A DNA stretch of 48,150 nucleotides from a virus, in the IMG/VR virus record IMGVR_UViG_3300000115_000002, positions 1 through 48,150 of that record; one strand, 5' to 3'. Positions 9,031 through 17,571 of this stretch are shown here, piece by piece; positions within the stretch are counted from its first letter, which is position 1, and every line of letters begins with the position of its first letter. The notes beneath the pieces are model-generated. The model saw only the letters and a list, made by a program, of their open reading frames with translations, did no database searches and had not been told where the DNA came from. A program made the position numbers and the translations under genes.

Positions 9031-9797
9031 TAGATAAACCTCATTCTGTCATCTTTTATGACTGTTGGTGCTGGAGTCATTAAGTTATATTTCATTAGCT
9101 TTAAACCTTTCTTATAATCTTCTAAAGAAAAAGCAGAGAACTGAGGATTTTCTTTAAATTGATAAATATAATATCTAGCTCTGTTTAAAAGAACAGGATT
9201 ATATATGTTTGGAAAAACTGTTTCATCACCAAAAGCTGAAAGCTCTGTAGGTAATACATAAGCATAGAAATATATTTTATATACCTTATCAGGTATTGGA
9301 CTTAATCCAAATTTTCTATTATCTGGACTTTTTATAACTCTACGAGGAACTCCATAGTTTTGAGTATCTGCATCATCTAAATTTTCAGAAATTCTAAAGT
9401 AATCTTTCCACTCTTCAATAGTTGTAAAACGTAAGTTACGAGCTTCAAAAGGAGCAGTTGCCCCTGATACACCTACTGTAGTTGCATAAAAATTATCCCA
9501 ATCTACATAGCCATAGTCAGTAGCTAAAGAACTACTTGAAGGTTTAAGTAAATACCAACGAGTACCTGCAACTGTTTCTACAGCTACGTTACCATATAAA
9601 GGATCTGTATCCCCACTCAAACCAACTGCTAAGAAAGGCCATTGAGGTTCTTCATTTACAATATCAAGGTATGCTCTATTAATAGCATCTTTAACATGTT
9701 GTTGTATACCTGTGGCACTAGAAAAGTTTCCTGAAGTTAATTCAACTTCATTCATCTCTCTTAGAAGTTCATTTGAAAGATTTAGATATGTAGCCAT
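9030..9797 (-). CDS. Tail adaptor / tubular protein A-like (255 aa)
   Basis: The N-terminus (LSNELLREMNEVELTSGNFSS...INRAYLDIVNEEPQWPF) has the same pattern as the T7 gp11 N-terminus. The gene order also fits. Confidence 0.45.
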   Translation of the reverse strand: MATYLNLSNELLREMNEVELTSGNFSSATGIQQHVKDAINRAYLDIVNEEPQWPFLAVGLSGDTDPLYGNVAVETVAGTRWYLLKPSSSSLATDYGYVDWDNFYATTVGVSGATAPFEARNLRFTTIEEWKDYFRISENLDDADTQNYGVPRRVIKSPDNRKFGLSPIPDKVYKIYFYAYVLPTELSAFGDETVFPNIYNPVLLNRARYYIYQFKENPQFSAFSLEDYKKGLKLMKYNLMTPAPTVIKDDRMRFI

Positions 9798-10061
9798 TTA
9801 CTTTCCTTTATTATAAGAGGAACAGTGCTTCTCCATCTCTTGAATAGAAGCGTAGCCACCTTTGTTATACTTCATGTAGCCGCCTTTAGCAAAACTATTT
9901 TCTTCTTCCATCTGTAAAGCAGATTCAAACGAAGCAGAGCCTTGTAATTTCTTAGGTCTTCTTTCAGTTATTACACTTCCAGATATTGGATTAAAACCTC
10001 TCCTACCAAATCGAGGAGGAGGATTAGTGTTGCCTCTGCGTTTTTTTATTCCAAACATCAT
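9798..10061 (-). CDS. Hypothetical small basic protein (87 aa)
   Basis: ORF tightly coupled to its neighbours in the structural arm. Confidence 0.4.
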   Translation of the reverse strand: MMFGIKKRRGNTNPPPRFGRRGFNPISGSVITERRPKKLQGSASFESALQMEEENSFAKGGYMKYNKGGYASIQEMEKHCSSYNKGK

Positions 10062-10264
10062 TAGTCTTGTTCCATCGAAAATGTTTTAGATTTTTCTCTA
10101 GCTATATTAAATTCTGTTTGATGATTATTAAAAATTCGATCATAATTTTCATCATATCTTTTTTTATTTTCGGGTTTAAAGAAGCTTCCTGTCATACCTA
10201 AAATTTTACCTTTACGTTTTCCATTAATCATAAGAGGATTTGCTTCAGAACCTAACTGGGACAT
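10061..10264 (-). CDS. Hypothetical protein (67 aa)
   Basis: ORF with GGAG 9 nt upstream of the ATG. It is the first gene after the capsid terminator. Confidence 0.45.
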   Translation of the reverse strand: MSQLGSEANPLMINGKRKGKILGMTGSFFKPENKKRYDENYDRIFNNHQTEFNIAREKSKTFSMEQD

Positions 10265-10278
10265 TCTTTAATCTCCAA

Positions 10279-10313
10279 AATAAAAAAAAGGGAGGCATAT
10301 TTCAGCCTCCCCC
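10279..10313 (-). terminator. Rho-independent terminator after the major capsid gene
   Basis: On the minus strand the stem is GGGAGGC / GCCTCCC (10311-10305 / 10296-10290) with an 8-nt loop, followed by T8. Confidence 0.8.
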
Positions 10314-10319
10314 GAAAGC

Positions 10320-11309
10320 TTAGTCTATGCCGTAGAAGGCAGAAACCAATGCTTCACCACGTAACACCTTGGCTCCATATACATGTAAGCCACGAACAAT
10401 ATCACCAAAGCTATCAGGATCACGAATGACCTCTGTGCTAGTGATTGTCTGTGCAGTACATGTAGAAGACATGTGACCAGCAATACACTTACCTGCTGCG
10501 TTAGTCGTAGCGGCAATGTTGTTGGACTTGTACATGTCGAATCCACGGAGTTTACCAGAGCTTACCAATCCATTACGGATAGAACCCTGTCCAGCATTGA
10601 AGTCTACTGACATCAATTTTGAAGAGGATTGTACTAACTGCTCATAAAACTCAGGATTAGCCAAGAACCATCGACCTTCTTCAGGTACGCTTTGCTCATC
10701 GAGCAATCGTGCCATGTGAGAAAGAACATCAATAGGATCATGTTCACCTGATGCATAGCCAATGTCCAAGTTACCAGTACCGTCAAAAGTACCACCAGCA
10801 AGGTCAGTAGCATTGTCAGAACCTAATATATGATTAGGTGAAGACGCAGATACACCAGAGAACATAGCCGCAATTACACCCTCATCAAACGCATCACGCA
10901 AAGCGTAGGCGGCTGAAGAAGTAGCAACTTCACGGAAGTTAACGTGAGACATATTAGTTTCAATGTCATCAACGATAAACTTAAATGCGTTGGCAGTATC
11001 AACAACCAAACTAACCTCTTGGTCAGTAAGTTTTGTTGATGTTATATCTGCACCTCTTTCATACTGATAAACAGTAATCTCAGGCTCTTTAATGATCCTT
11101 ACAGTATCACCAAACGCAGTAATCTCACCAGCATAATCCGTATTTGTGATAGCTTCTGCAACAGAAGACTTACGGAAGAAGTTGAGAACTTGCTTGGAAT
11201 ATACCTTAGGCAAGAAAAATGAATTAGTTTGTCCAGATACTGAGTTACCAAAGTTGGCATTAGTATCTGTACTTGGTTCAAAAAATTGATCTGATTGGTT
11301 ATAAGCCAT
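10320..11309 (-). CDS. Major capsid protein (329 aa)
   Basis: Size, position after the scaffold gene, higher-GC codon usage and a strong terminator all fit. The sequence pattern resembles P22/T7-type HK97-fold coat proteins. Confidence 0.8.
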   Translation of the reverse strand: MAYNQSDQFFEPSTDTNANFGNSVSGQTNSFFLPKVYSKQVLNFFRKSSVAEAITNTDYAGEITAFGDTVRIIKEPEITVYQYERGADITSTKLTDQEVSLVVDTANAFKFIVDDIETNMSHVNFREVATSSAAYALRDAFDEGVIAAMFSGVSASSPNHILGSDNATDLAGGTFDGTGNLDIGYASGEHDPIDVLSHMARLLDEQSVPEEGRWFLANPEFYEQLVQSSSKLMSVDFNAGQGSIRNGLVSSGKLRGFDMYKSNNIAATTNAAGKCIAGHMSSTCTAQTITSTEVIRDPDSFGDIVRGLHVYGAKVLRGEALVSAFYGID

Positions 11310-11341
11310 TTTAAAATTCCTTTAAAAAATAAAACACAATT

Positions 11342-12190
11342 TTAATTAGCTACTATCCTACCCTCTGCCCAAGCTTGATTAATTTCACTTTCATATTTAT
11401 CAAACTGGTCAAGGGACATAGAAGCTATTTCCCTTTCAGTCCAAACCTTAGCTTGCTGTGGATCTACATTTGTTGTTTTAGTAGATACCATATCAGCCGC
11501 TGAAGCAGGTTTCGCTTTAGGTCTTGACCGACGTTTTTGAGGTTGTCCAGTACCAGTTTCTAATTTATAAAGATCAATGGCTTTAGAAGCTAAAGATACA
11601 TTATCAGGATTATTATAAACCCAATCTTGTATTTGCTCTGGTTGTATCTTTGCCCACTCATGGAAGCCATCAGACCCTCTGATATCATCGAAATCAGGGT
11701 GTCTATCACGAAGCGTTGTCTCAGCTTCTTTCCGCATTACCTCAGTTTCACGTTGCCGTAAACTATCAAGTTGAGCTTCAAGATCTGCTACTTGCCGTTG
11801 ACTTTGCATATGAGCTACAGTTTCAACCGTATTATATAAATCAGGATATTCTGTTTTAAACGCCTCTAAATCTTCCTCTGTTTTTGGAGGTTGGTAAGAA
11901 GGCTGTGCGGATTTAGCTTCTGCAAGAAGTTCTCCTTCACGTTGTCTAAACTCAGAAAGTTTCTGATCATAATGCTTCTTTAAATCATCGTATCTTTTTT
12001 TATAATTAGTTCCTTTTTTAGGAGCATCTTCATCAGGGGCCTCATTATCAAGGGTAGCCTGTGATTCTTGATAGAACAATCCATTAGCACCTTGCTTAGA
12101 CGTATTATTTTCTACATCATGCCAAGGTTTTTTTGCATTATATGGATTAGGTTGCTCTTCGTTTTGTTCCTCTACTTGTACTTCGGACAT
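11342..12190 (-). CDS. Scaffolding protein (282 aa)
   Basis: Acidic and charged with coiled-coil character. It lies immediately upstream of the capsid gene. Confidence 0.65.
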   Translation of the reverse strand: MSEVQVEEQNEEQPNPYNAKKPWHDVENNTSKQGANGLFYQESQATLDNEAPDEDAPKKGTNYKKRYDDLKKHYDQKLSEFRQREGELLAEAKSAQPSYQPPKTEEDLEAFKTEYPDLYNTVETVAHMQSQRQVADLEAQLDSLRQRETEVMRKEAETTLRDRHPDFDDIRGSDGFHEWAKIQPEQIQDWVYNNPDNVSLASKAIDLYKLETGTGQPQKRRSRPKAKPASAADMVSTKTTNVDPQQAKVWTEREIASMSLDQFDKYESEINQAWAEGRIVAN

Positions 12191-12205
12191 CTCTATTTCT
12201 CCTTC

Positions 12206-12279
12206 GGGGCTTGTGTTTTAGCAAGGTAGCCATTTTAACTCCGTCAAGTTTGTATGGGGCTTGTCTTACCAAGGTAGCC
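12206..12279 (-). repeat. Pair of ~25-nt direct repeats in the intergenic region upstream of the scaffold gene
   Basis: Plus strand: GGGGCTTGTGTTTTAGCAAGGTAGCC (12206-12231) and GGGGCTTGTCTTACCAAGGTAGCC (12256-12279). Confidence 0.85.
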
Positions 12280-12284
12280 GAATG

Positions 12285-14378
12285 TTATAGAAGACTAGGG
12301 ATTTTATTAGATCCAATCATAGCTCTCTTAATTTCTTCATCAATAGAACTTGGTGAAGCAACTTGAGATTGCTCTTGATTAAACATATATCCACCCACTG
12401 CCTTCTTTTGATAACCGCCATCATAAGCACGTTCTGCATCATCCATCATTCGTTGGAGATTATCAGAGCCTAATTGGTCGGTTGCTTTTCTAGTGAATAC
12501 AAACTCTCCATCTGACAATCGTGCAGGTATTGAGTCTGATACACCACTTCCTGGCCCTTCTACTTCTCCAGAGCCAGAAAATTCTCCTGCGGTTAAAACT
12601 ATACTATCTAAAATTTCTGATAGTTTTGGGTCTTGCTCTAGTCTTACCGCTAAATAATCTTGATCTTCTTCGCTAAGGGATTTATCCATAACGAAATTTA
12701 TATATTGATCTTCCATATCTTCATCAGGAAGTTGGGAAGCCATTGCTGCTTCCATTTCTTCAGGAGGTATGTTGTCATAAGTATCAACTGGCATACCACC
12801 TTCTGCAAATGTTGCATTTGAACTTTTTTCTTTAGTAGGAGAAAGAATAATATCTCTTATTGCCTGAAGAGCTTCAAATTCATCAGAACCTTTTTTAGGT
12901 TTAAAAGGCAAGTTTTCTTTTTTACCAACAGGTAATCCTTTTTCAGGTTTAAAAAGTAAGTTACCTTTTTTACCAGTAGGTAATTCTTTTTCTTCTTTAG
13001 TAGGAGAAAGAATAATATCTCTTATTGCCTGAAGAGCTTTAAATTCATCAGAACCTTTTTCAGGCATCTTCATCTCTTTTTGTAATTTTTGTAATATCCC
13101 ACCACCTTCGTTGTAACCTTGTCTTTCTAACTCTGCTTGTGTTCTTGCCTCGTTAACAACTTTTTGTTGCCTTCGTTGTTCCATAACATTTTGATCAGCA
13201 CGAAACTCTCTTACAGCTTTGTTAGTAGGAAAGATACCTAAAGCTTCAGTTTCATTATCATTTAATGAACCTTTGAAAATATCTGTTGGTTCTTCTTTAC
13301 TCAAGAAGTTTCTTACATCTTGTCCACGGTTGCTTTGTTCTATAGCACCACCGTCAGCCTTTTGAACTTTTAATTGAGTCATGTTCATAAGCATCTTTTG
13401 AGCCGCTTCTATAACACGATCATCAGTTTCAGTACCTCTGTTTCCTTGAAGAGTTCTAATAAAAAGCCTTAACTCATTAGGATTCCTTGTATTTAAATAC
13501 TCTTGAATTTTTTCAAAGCTTCCGAAATCCATGTAGCTTAAAGCAGCTTCTTCAGCATCTAAGTTCATAGCACTATCAATATTACTACTGATAGGTGAAG
13601 AACCCATATCATAATCAAATCCTATATCATCCATAAGATTTTTATAATCTTCTTCAGGAAGATCATTGATTGCACTTTCAAAGTCAGGATCGTCAGAAAG
13701 ATCACGTAAAAATTCTTTCTTTAGAAAAGAATCCTTACTTGAATCTGTAGCTACATCTGCAAGTTTTCCAGTTAAATCTAAAATTTTTCCAGTAATCTTA
13801 CTTCCTATTGCCTTTCTGTCACGGCCTTCTTCTAGACTTTTAAAAGTCTTCATAATTTTATTGACGTTATAAGTTTTACCATCTCCTGAAAATTTAAAAG
13901 TTTTGCCTTTAGAATTTAAAGCTTCTTTTTTTAAATTACTATTTGAATACATAGTAAAATCATTTCCTTCTATAATCGAAGCACCTTCTTTAGGTAATTG
14001 ATTTACACCATATGTATTAGAACGCTTTTTAGGTTGATCATAACCATATGTGTTAGAACGCTTTTTAGGTTGATCTAGGCCTTTATTAGAAAATACAGTA
14101 AGGTCTGAAGGATCTTCTTCTTCTCCAAACATAGAGCTTAGTGTCATTAATCCTAATCCACTTAAACCTGTATATACTGATCCTTTTATAGCTTTAGTAT
14201 TTCCAAAAGACTTCGTTCTATCTTTACCAACTACAGCACCTCTTCCTGTGGCTGTAGCTCCAGGAGTATCAGGAGTTATACCTTGAAGTTCATCCATAAG
14301 TTGCTCAAACTTTCCATCATATTTTTTGAAAAGTTTAGCCCCTTCTTTAACTCCTTTAGCTAATAAACTTATTGCCAT
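12285..14378 (-). CDS. Head-associated repeat-containing protein (697 aa)
   Basis: Lies between the portal and the scaffold. The N-terminus MAISLLAKGVK is shared with the upstream gene. Internal duplications are DQPKKRSNTYG x2 and KGSDEF(K/E)ALQAIRDIILSPTKE x2. It carries the C-terminal motif IPARLSDGEFVFTRKATDQLG. Confidence 0.55.
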   Translation of the reverse strand: MAISLLAKGVKEGAKLFKKYDGKFEQLMDELQGITPDTPGATATGRGAVVGKDRTKSFGNTKAIKGSVYTGLSGLGLMTLSSMFGEEEDPSDLTVFSNKGLDQPKKRSNTYGYDQPKKRSNTYGVNQLPKEGASIIEGNDFTMYSNSNLKKEALNSKGKTFKFSGDGKTYNVNKIMKTFKSLEEGRDRKAIGSKITGKILDLTGKLADVATDSSKDSFLKKEFLRDLSDDPDFESAINDLPEEDYKNLMDDIGFDYDMGSSPISSNIDSAMNLDAEEAALSYMDFGSFEKIQEYLNTRNPNELRLFIRTLQGNRGTETDDRVIEAAQKMLMNMTQLKVQKADGGAIEQSNRGQDVRNFLSKEEPTDIFKGSLNDNETEALGIFPTNKAVREFRADQNVMEQRRQQKVVNEARTQAELERQGYNEGGGILQKLQKEMKMPEKGSDEFKALQAIRDIILSPTKEEKELPTGKKGNLLFKPEKGLPVGKKENLPFKPKKGSDEFEALQAIRDIILSPTKEKSSNATFAEGGMPVDTYDNIPPEEMEAAMASQLPDEDMEDQYINFVMDKSLSEEDQDYLAVRLEQDPKLSEILDSIVLTAGEFSGSGEVEGPGSGVSDSIPARLSDGEFVFTRKATDQLGSDNLQRMMDDAERAYDGGYQKKAVGGYMFNQEQSQVASPSSIDEEIKRAMIGSNKIPSLL

Positions 14379-14977
14379 TATTTTTTTCTCTCTAATACTT
14401 CGTTAACTTGATCAGACAAAGATTTTTTATTTTTAATGTTTAAAACTTTAGGATCATAAACTGTATATTCTAACGTGCCACCAACTTGTTTGAGTTTAGA
14501 ACCTGTTGCATCCTTTAAAGATGCTTTAATTCCATACTTTGAAAAAAGTTTATCTGCATCTTTTTTTGATTCTTGAACTAACTGTTTCCAAAATTTAGGC
14601 TTATCAAAATCTATTTGATCTTTATTTATCTTTTCTTCTTTTATAAGCCTATCAAGTTTTCTCTTAATAGTATTGTTTTGATTTTCAAAATTCTTTCTAA
14701 CTAATAAAATTTCACCTTCTTTAAGTTTAGCGTCTACTTCATAAAGTATAGGCTTCCCATTCTTCTTACGAGCTAAAGCATCGTCAACATAATCTTTACC
14801 CCATAGCTTTTTTATTTGCGTTGGAGTTATCTTTCCATAGCTTTCAGCTAATTTTTTATCCGGAGTAAAAGAAAACCCTTTTCCAAAAGCTGTTTCTTTT
14901 GCGTATTTAGAATCAAACTTACTGAAGTCTTTAACTGCTCCATGAAAAAGTTTTATTCCTTTTCCTAATAAACTCAT
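14378..14977 (-). CDS. Putative ADP-ribosyltransferase-like effector domain protein (199 aa), head-associated by position
   Basis: Motifs KLFHGA..F.KFD, GKGFSFTPDKKLAESYG and LEYTVYDPKVLNIK. It appears homologous to the C-terminal domain of the 1494-aa protein. The functional call is from memory of ART-like polyvalent-protein domains. Confidence 0.4.
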   Translation of the reverse strand: MSLLGKGIKLFHGAVKDFSKFDSKYAKETAFGKGFSFTPDKKLAESYGKITPTQIKKLWGKDYVDDALARKKNGKPILYEVDAKLKEGEILLVRKNFENQNNTIKRKLDRLIKEEKINKDQIDFDKPKFWKQLVQESKKDADKLFSKYGIKASLKDATGSKLKQVGGTLEYTVYDPKVLNIKNKKSLSDQVNEVLERKK

Positions 14978-14978
14978 A

Positions 14979-15047
14979 TTATTCTTTTCTTTCTAATGCT
15001 TCATTAACTTGATCTGGAATACTTTCAAGCCTAGCCAGCAAACTCAT
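14979..15047 (-). pseudogene. 22-codon remnant ORF (MSLLARLESIPDQVNEALERKE) overlapping the portal stop
   Basis: It combines the N-terminal MSLL motif and the C-terminal DQVNEALERK motif of the neighbouring 199-aa gene. The 75-aa track ORF 14979..15206 is an upstream extension of this frame. Confidence 0.35.
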
Positions 15048-17193
15048 CTTCCCCTGGCTGCGGAACATTTCCAGTTCCGATGTTGCCCCCACCAGTACCT
15101 GTAACTCCAAGGTCTTGAGGTTGTTGAGGTGTTCCTGTACCGGCTCCCATAGCTCCTTGTTCTTCACCAGTGGGGCCAGCTTCCGCGCCAGTTGCTTGTC
15201 CAGCATTTTGCATTCCTATGATTTGTGCCATTATGGCTGCTTCTTCAGGATCATTCAAGATCTCATCTGGATCTAAGTCTAATGAATAAGCAAGCTCACT
15301 AATGAGTTTATTAATCTTAATAAATGGAGCTACAGCAGGATTTTGTGCAGTCTGTAAGAAAGTAGTTAGTCGTTGACTGCGTACTTCTTTCTGCATTAAA
15401 CTATTAGTTCCTGTAGCCTTTACCTCCAAATCACCTTCTAAATGTAATTTACTTTCTAAGAATTGCATATTCCATTGAAAGTAAGCTTCTCCCATAGGCT
15501 TCAATAAAAAGTCATCAAGATTTTTAATAACAGTTTTAATGTTTAAAGAAGCTGCACCTAATAACATTGACATCCCTGAAGCTGTACGAGTCATACTCTG
15601 TACGCCTGTCATGCCATGTGAGTAACTAGGTATACCTGTTTGTTCATCTGCAAGCTGTCTAAACTTATCAAACATCATCATGTTTTCAGTTGATGTGTTA
15701 GGAAACTTCAGTCCATTAATAGCTGTACCAGGAACTCCAGCTTGCCTTCTAAATACTTTTCCAGGATATATCTCCATTGACTGACCTCCAGCCAAAGCAG
15801 ACTCATCTACATCAAAAACCAGTGAGCCACTAAGAGCAAGGTTATCAATCGCCATACGTGCATGACCATTCATAATCTTTTGGGAGTCATCCATGTTTTC
15901 AGCAACACCAATACCAAAGAAGCTATACGGATTCTTTTCGTAAGCAAAAGCATGGTAAGGTATTCTAAACGGAGTGAAAGGGTTTACTACAGCCCTTAGA
16001 AGTAATCCGTTACATATCCAAGCATTGACTTGTACTTCATCTAAGTCATCTATCTCATCAGGAAGCTCCATACCTATCTGCCGACAATACTCAGCATCCA
16101 TAGCTCCCCAGTATTCTAATACATCAAACTGAGAAGCTCCATAAGCATCTGACTTATTATCATCTTTTAATTCTTGCTCATAGTCTTTCTCAACATAATT
16201 AGGCCCCATCCTGAGACAGTCTCTAATCATTTCTTTATCGAAGTAAGGCATCTTTGTTAGACCCCTTAGTTGAGTTCGATTCATTCTGTGTCTATGAAAA
16301 ACATATTCACATTCATTAATACTAGTAGCATTGGGATCAGGAAAGAAGTCCCAAATAGAAACAAACTCTAATCTAGGAACACGTACATCGACAGGTCTAT
16401 AAACTCTTTCTCCATCTTCTTGTTGTTCCCACTTATGTAATGTCTTATTAAAGTTAAAAGGCCCTTTGACAATTCCAGTGCCAAATAACGAAGCTTCAAA
16501 TAAAGAGTTACGAATTTCACTAGCTCCGTTTGATTCTTCTATTTGATCATGTATTAACTGCTCCATACGTCTAGCAGCTTCTTGTGCTGGATTAACTTCA
16601 GGAGCTTGAGGATTTGGAGAGAGTCCTTCAGATAATTTATCTTGTTCTTCTAACTGAACTTCAAGAGGAGTATCTTCAAACTTACCTTTACCAAAGGTTG
16701 CTCCAGCTTTAAGTATTTTACCATCACCTTCATAGCCTACATCAAAAGGACTTTCAGTTTCTTCTTCCATCTGCTCTTGAGTTGTTTCTAATCCTGGTAA
16801 AGGATTTTGAACATCTACATGAGCATACTTTAATACACCTTCAGGAAGTTTAGTTTCCTGAATACCTATTGGAAACTTATTTGCTCCAAAGACTACATCA
16901 ACAAGCTGACCAAAAGCAGCAAGAACTTTAGTCTTAGTTACTTTGACAAAGACTCTTGATTTTTCAGATTCTCTAAATTTTACATTCTTTGCGTAAAGAC
17001 CTCGATAGTTATGATAAGCAGTAAGCCACCTAGACTCATCTAAGTCTCTGCTATGTTCAGCAGAAGCAAACCTATCATTTACAAGACCTACAAAATTATT
17101 TCGTAAGTTTTCTTCTAAAGAAAGTATAATACCCTGTTCTTCAGGTTCTTCTTGAAAATATACAGAGTTTGCTGTTAAATCATTTTCTGACAT
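15031..17193 (-). CDS. Portal protein (720 aa)
   Basis: Size, position downstream of terL, and a Gly/Thr/Gln-rich acidic C-terminal tail. Confidence 0.75.
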   Translation of the reverse strand: MSENDLTANSVYFQEEPEEQGIILSLEENLRNNFVGLVNDRFASAEHSRDLDESRWLTAYHNYRGLYAKNVKFRESEKSRVFVKVTKTKVLAAFGQLVDVVFGANKFPIGIQETKLPEGVLKYAHVDVQNPLPGLETTQEQMEEETESPFDVGYEGDGKILKAGATFGKGKFEDTPLEVQLEEQDKLSEGLSPNPQAPEVNPAQEAARRMEQLIHDQIEESNGASEIRNSLFEASLFGTGIVKGPFNFNKTLHKWEQQEDGERVYRPVDVRVPRLEFVSIWDFFPDPNATSINECEYVFHRHRMNRTQLRGLTKMPYFDKEMIRDCLRMGPNYVEKDYEQELKDDNKSDAYGASQFDVLEYWGAMDAEYCRQIGMELPDEIDDLDEVQVNAWICNGLLLRAVVNPFTPFRIPYHAFAYEKNPYSFFGIGVAENMDDSQKIMNGHARMAIDNLALSGSLVFDVDESALAGGQSMEIYPGKVFRRQAGVPGTAINGLKFPNTSTENMMMFDKFRQLADEQTGIPSYSHGMTGVQSMTRTASGMSMLLGAASLNIKTVIKNLDDFLLKPMGEAYFQWNMQFLESKLHLEGDLEVKATGTNSLMQKEVRSQRLTTFLQTAQNPAVAPFIKINKLISELAYSLDLDPDEILNDPEEAAIMAQIIGMQNAGQATGAEAGPTGEEQGAMGAGTGTPQQPQDLGVTGTGGGNIGTGNVPQPGEDEFAG

Positions 17194-17195
17194 AA

Positions 17196-17507
17196 TTATA
17201 TACTTTTACGAAAAGTAAGACCATATCTTGAAGGCCCAAACTTAGGATTTGTATAATTAAAATTTACTGAATATCCATCACCAAAATTCTGTTCTATACT
17301 ACGTCCTTTACTACGGTTACCTGTACTATCTTTGTAACGCGAAAGATTTATTTTAGTATTTCCAAATTTTTTAGTGTATAATTGATCAACAGACTGAAAG
17401 TTTGTATTAGCAGTATACTTACTTTCAAGTTCACCTACCTTACCAAGATCAGTTTTTTTAATTACTGAAGAACCATTACTATATTTAATTCTATTTTTTT
17501 TCTTCAT
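17196..17507 (-). CDS. Hypothetical protein (103 aa)
   Basis: ORF directly upstream of the portal. RBS AGGTGA lies 3 nt before the ATG. Confidence 0.45.
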   Translation of the reverse strand: MKKKNRIKYSNGSSVIKKTDLGKVGELESKYTANTNFQSVDQLYTKKFGNTKINLSRYKDSTGNRSKGRSIEQNFGDGYSVNFNYTNPKFGPSRYGLTFRKSI

Positions 17508-17516
17508 TCATCACCT

Positions 17517-17554
17517 AATTAAAAACCTGCCGTCATCAAATGAGTCAGGCAGGT
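17517..17554 (-). terminator. Rho-independent terminator after the 191-aa gene
   Basis: On the minus strand the stem is ACCTGCC / GGCAGGT (17554-17548 / 17531-17525), followed by TTTTTAATT. Confidence 0.7.
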
Positions 17555-17571
17555 ACAAAAACTAATATAAC

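Noticed and set aside
10325-11281. Minus-strand ORFs 10325..10546 and 11099..11281.
   Set aside because: They are out-of-frame overlaps within the major capsid gene.
13666-13872. Plus-strand ORF 13666..13872, and plus-strand ORFs 17933..18178, 18298..18504 and 18875..19060.
   Set aside because: They are antisense to the 697-aa, 191-aa and terL genes.
14979-15206. The full 75-aa track ORF as an independent gene.
   Set aside because: Most of it overlaps the portal C-terminus in another frame. Only the last 22 codons, from ATG 15047, carry the conserved MSLL / DQVNEALERK motifs. It is kept as a remnant ORF. A portal frameshift product remains an untested alternative.
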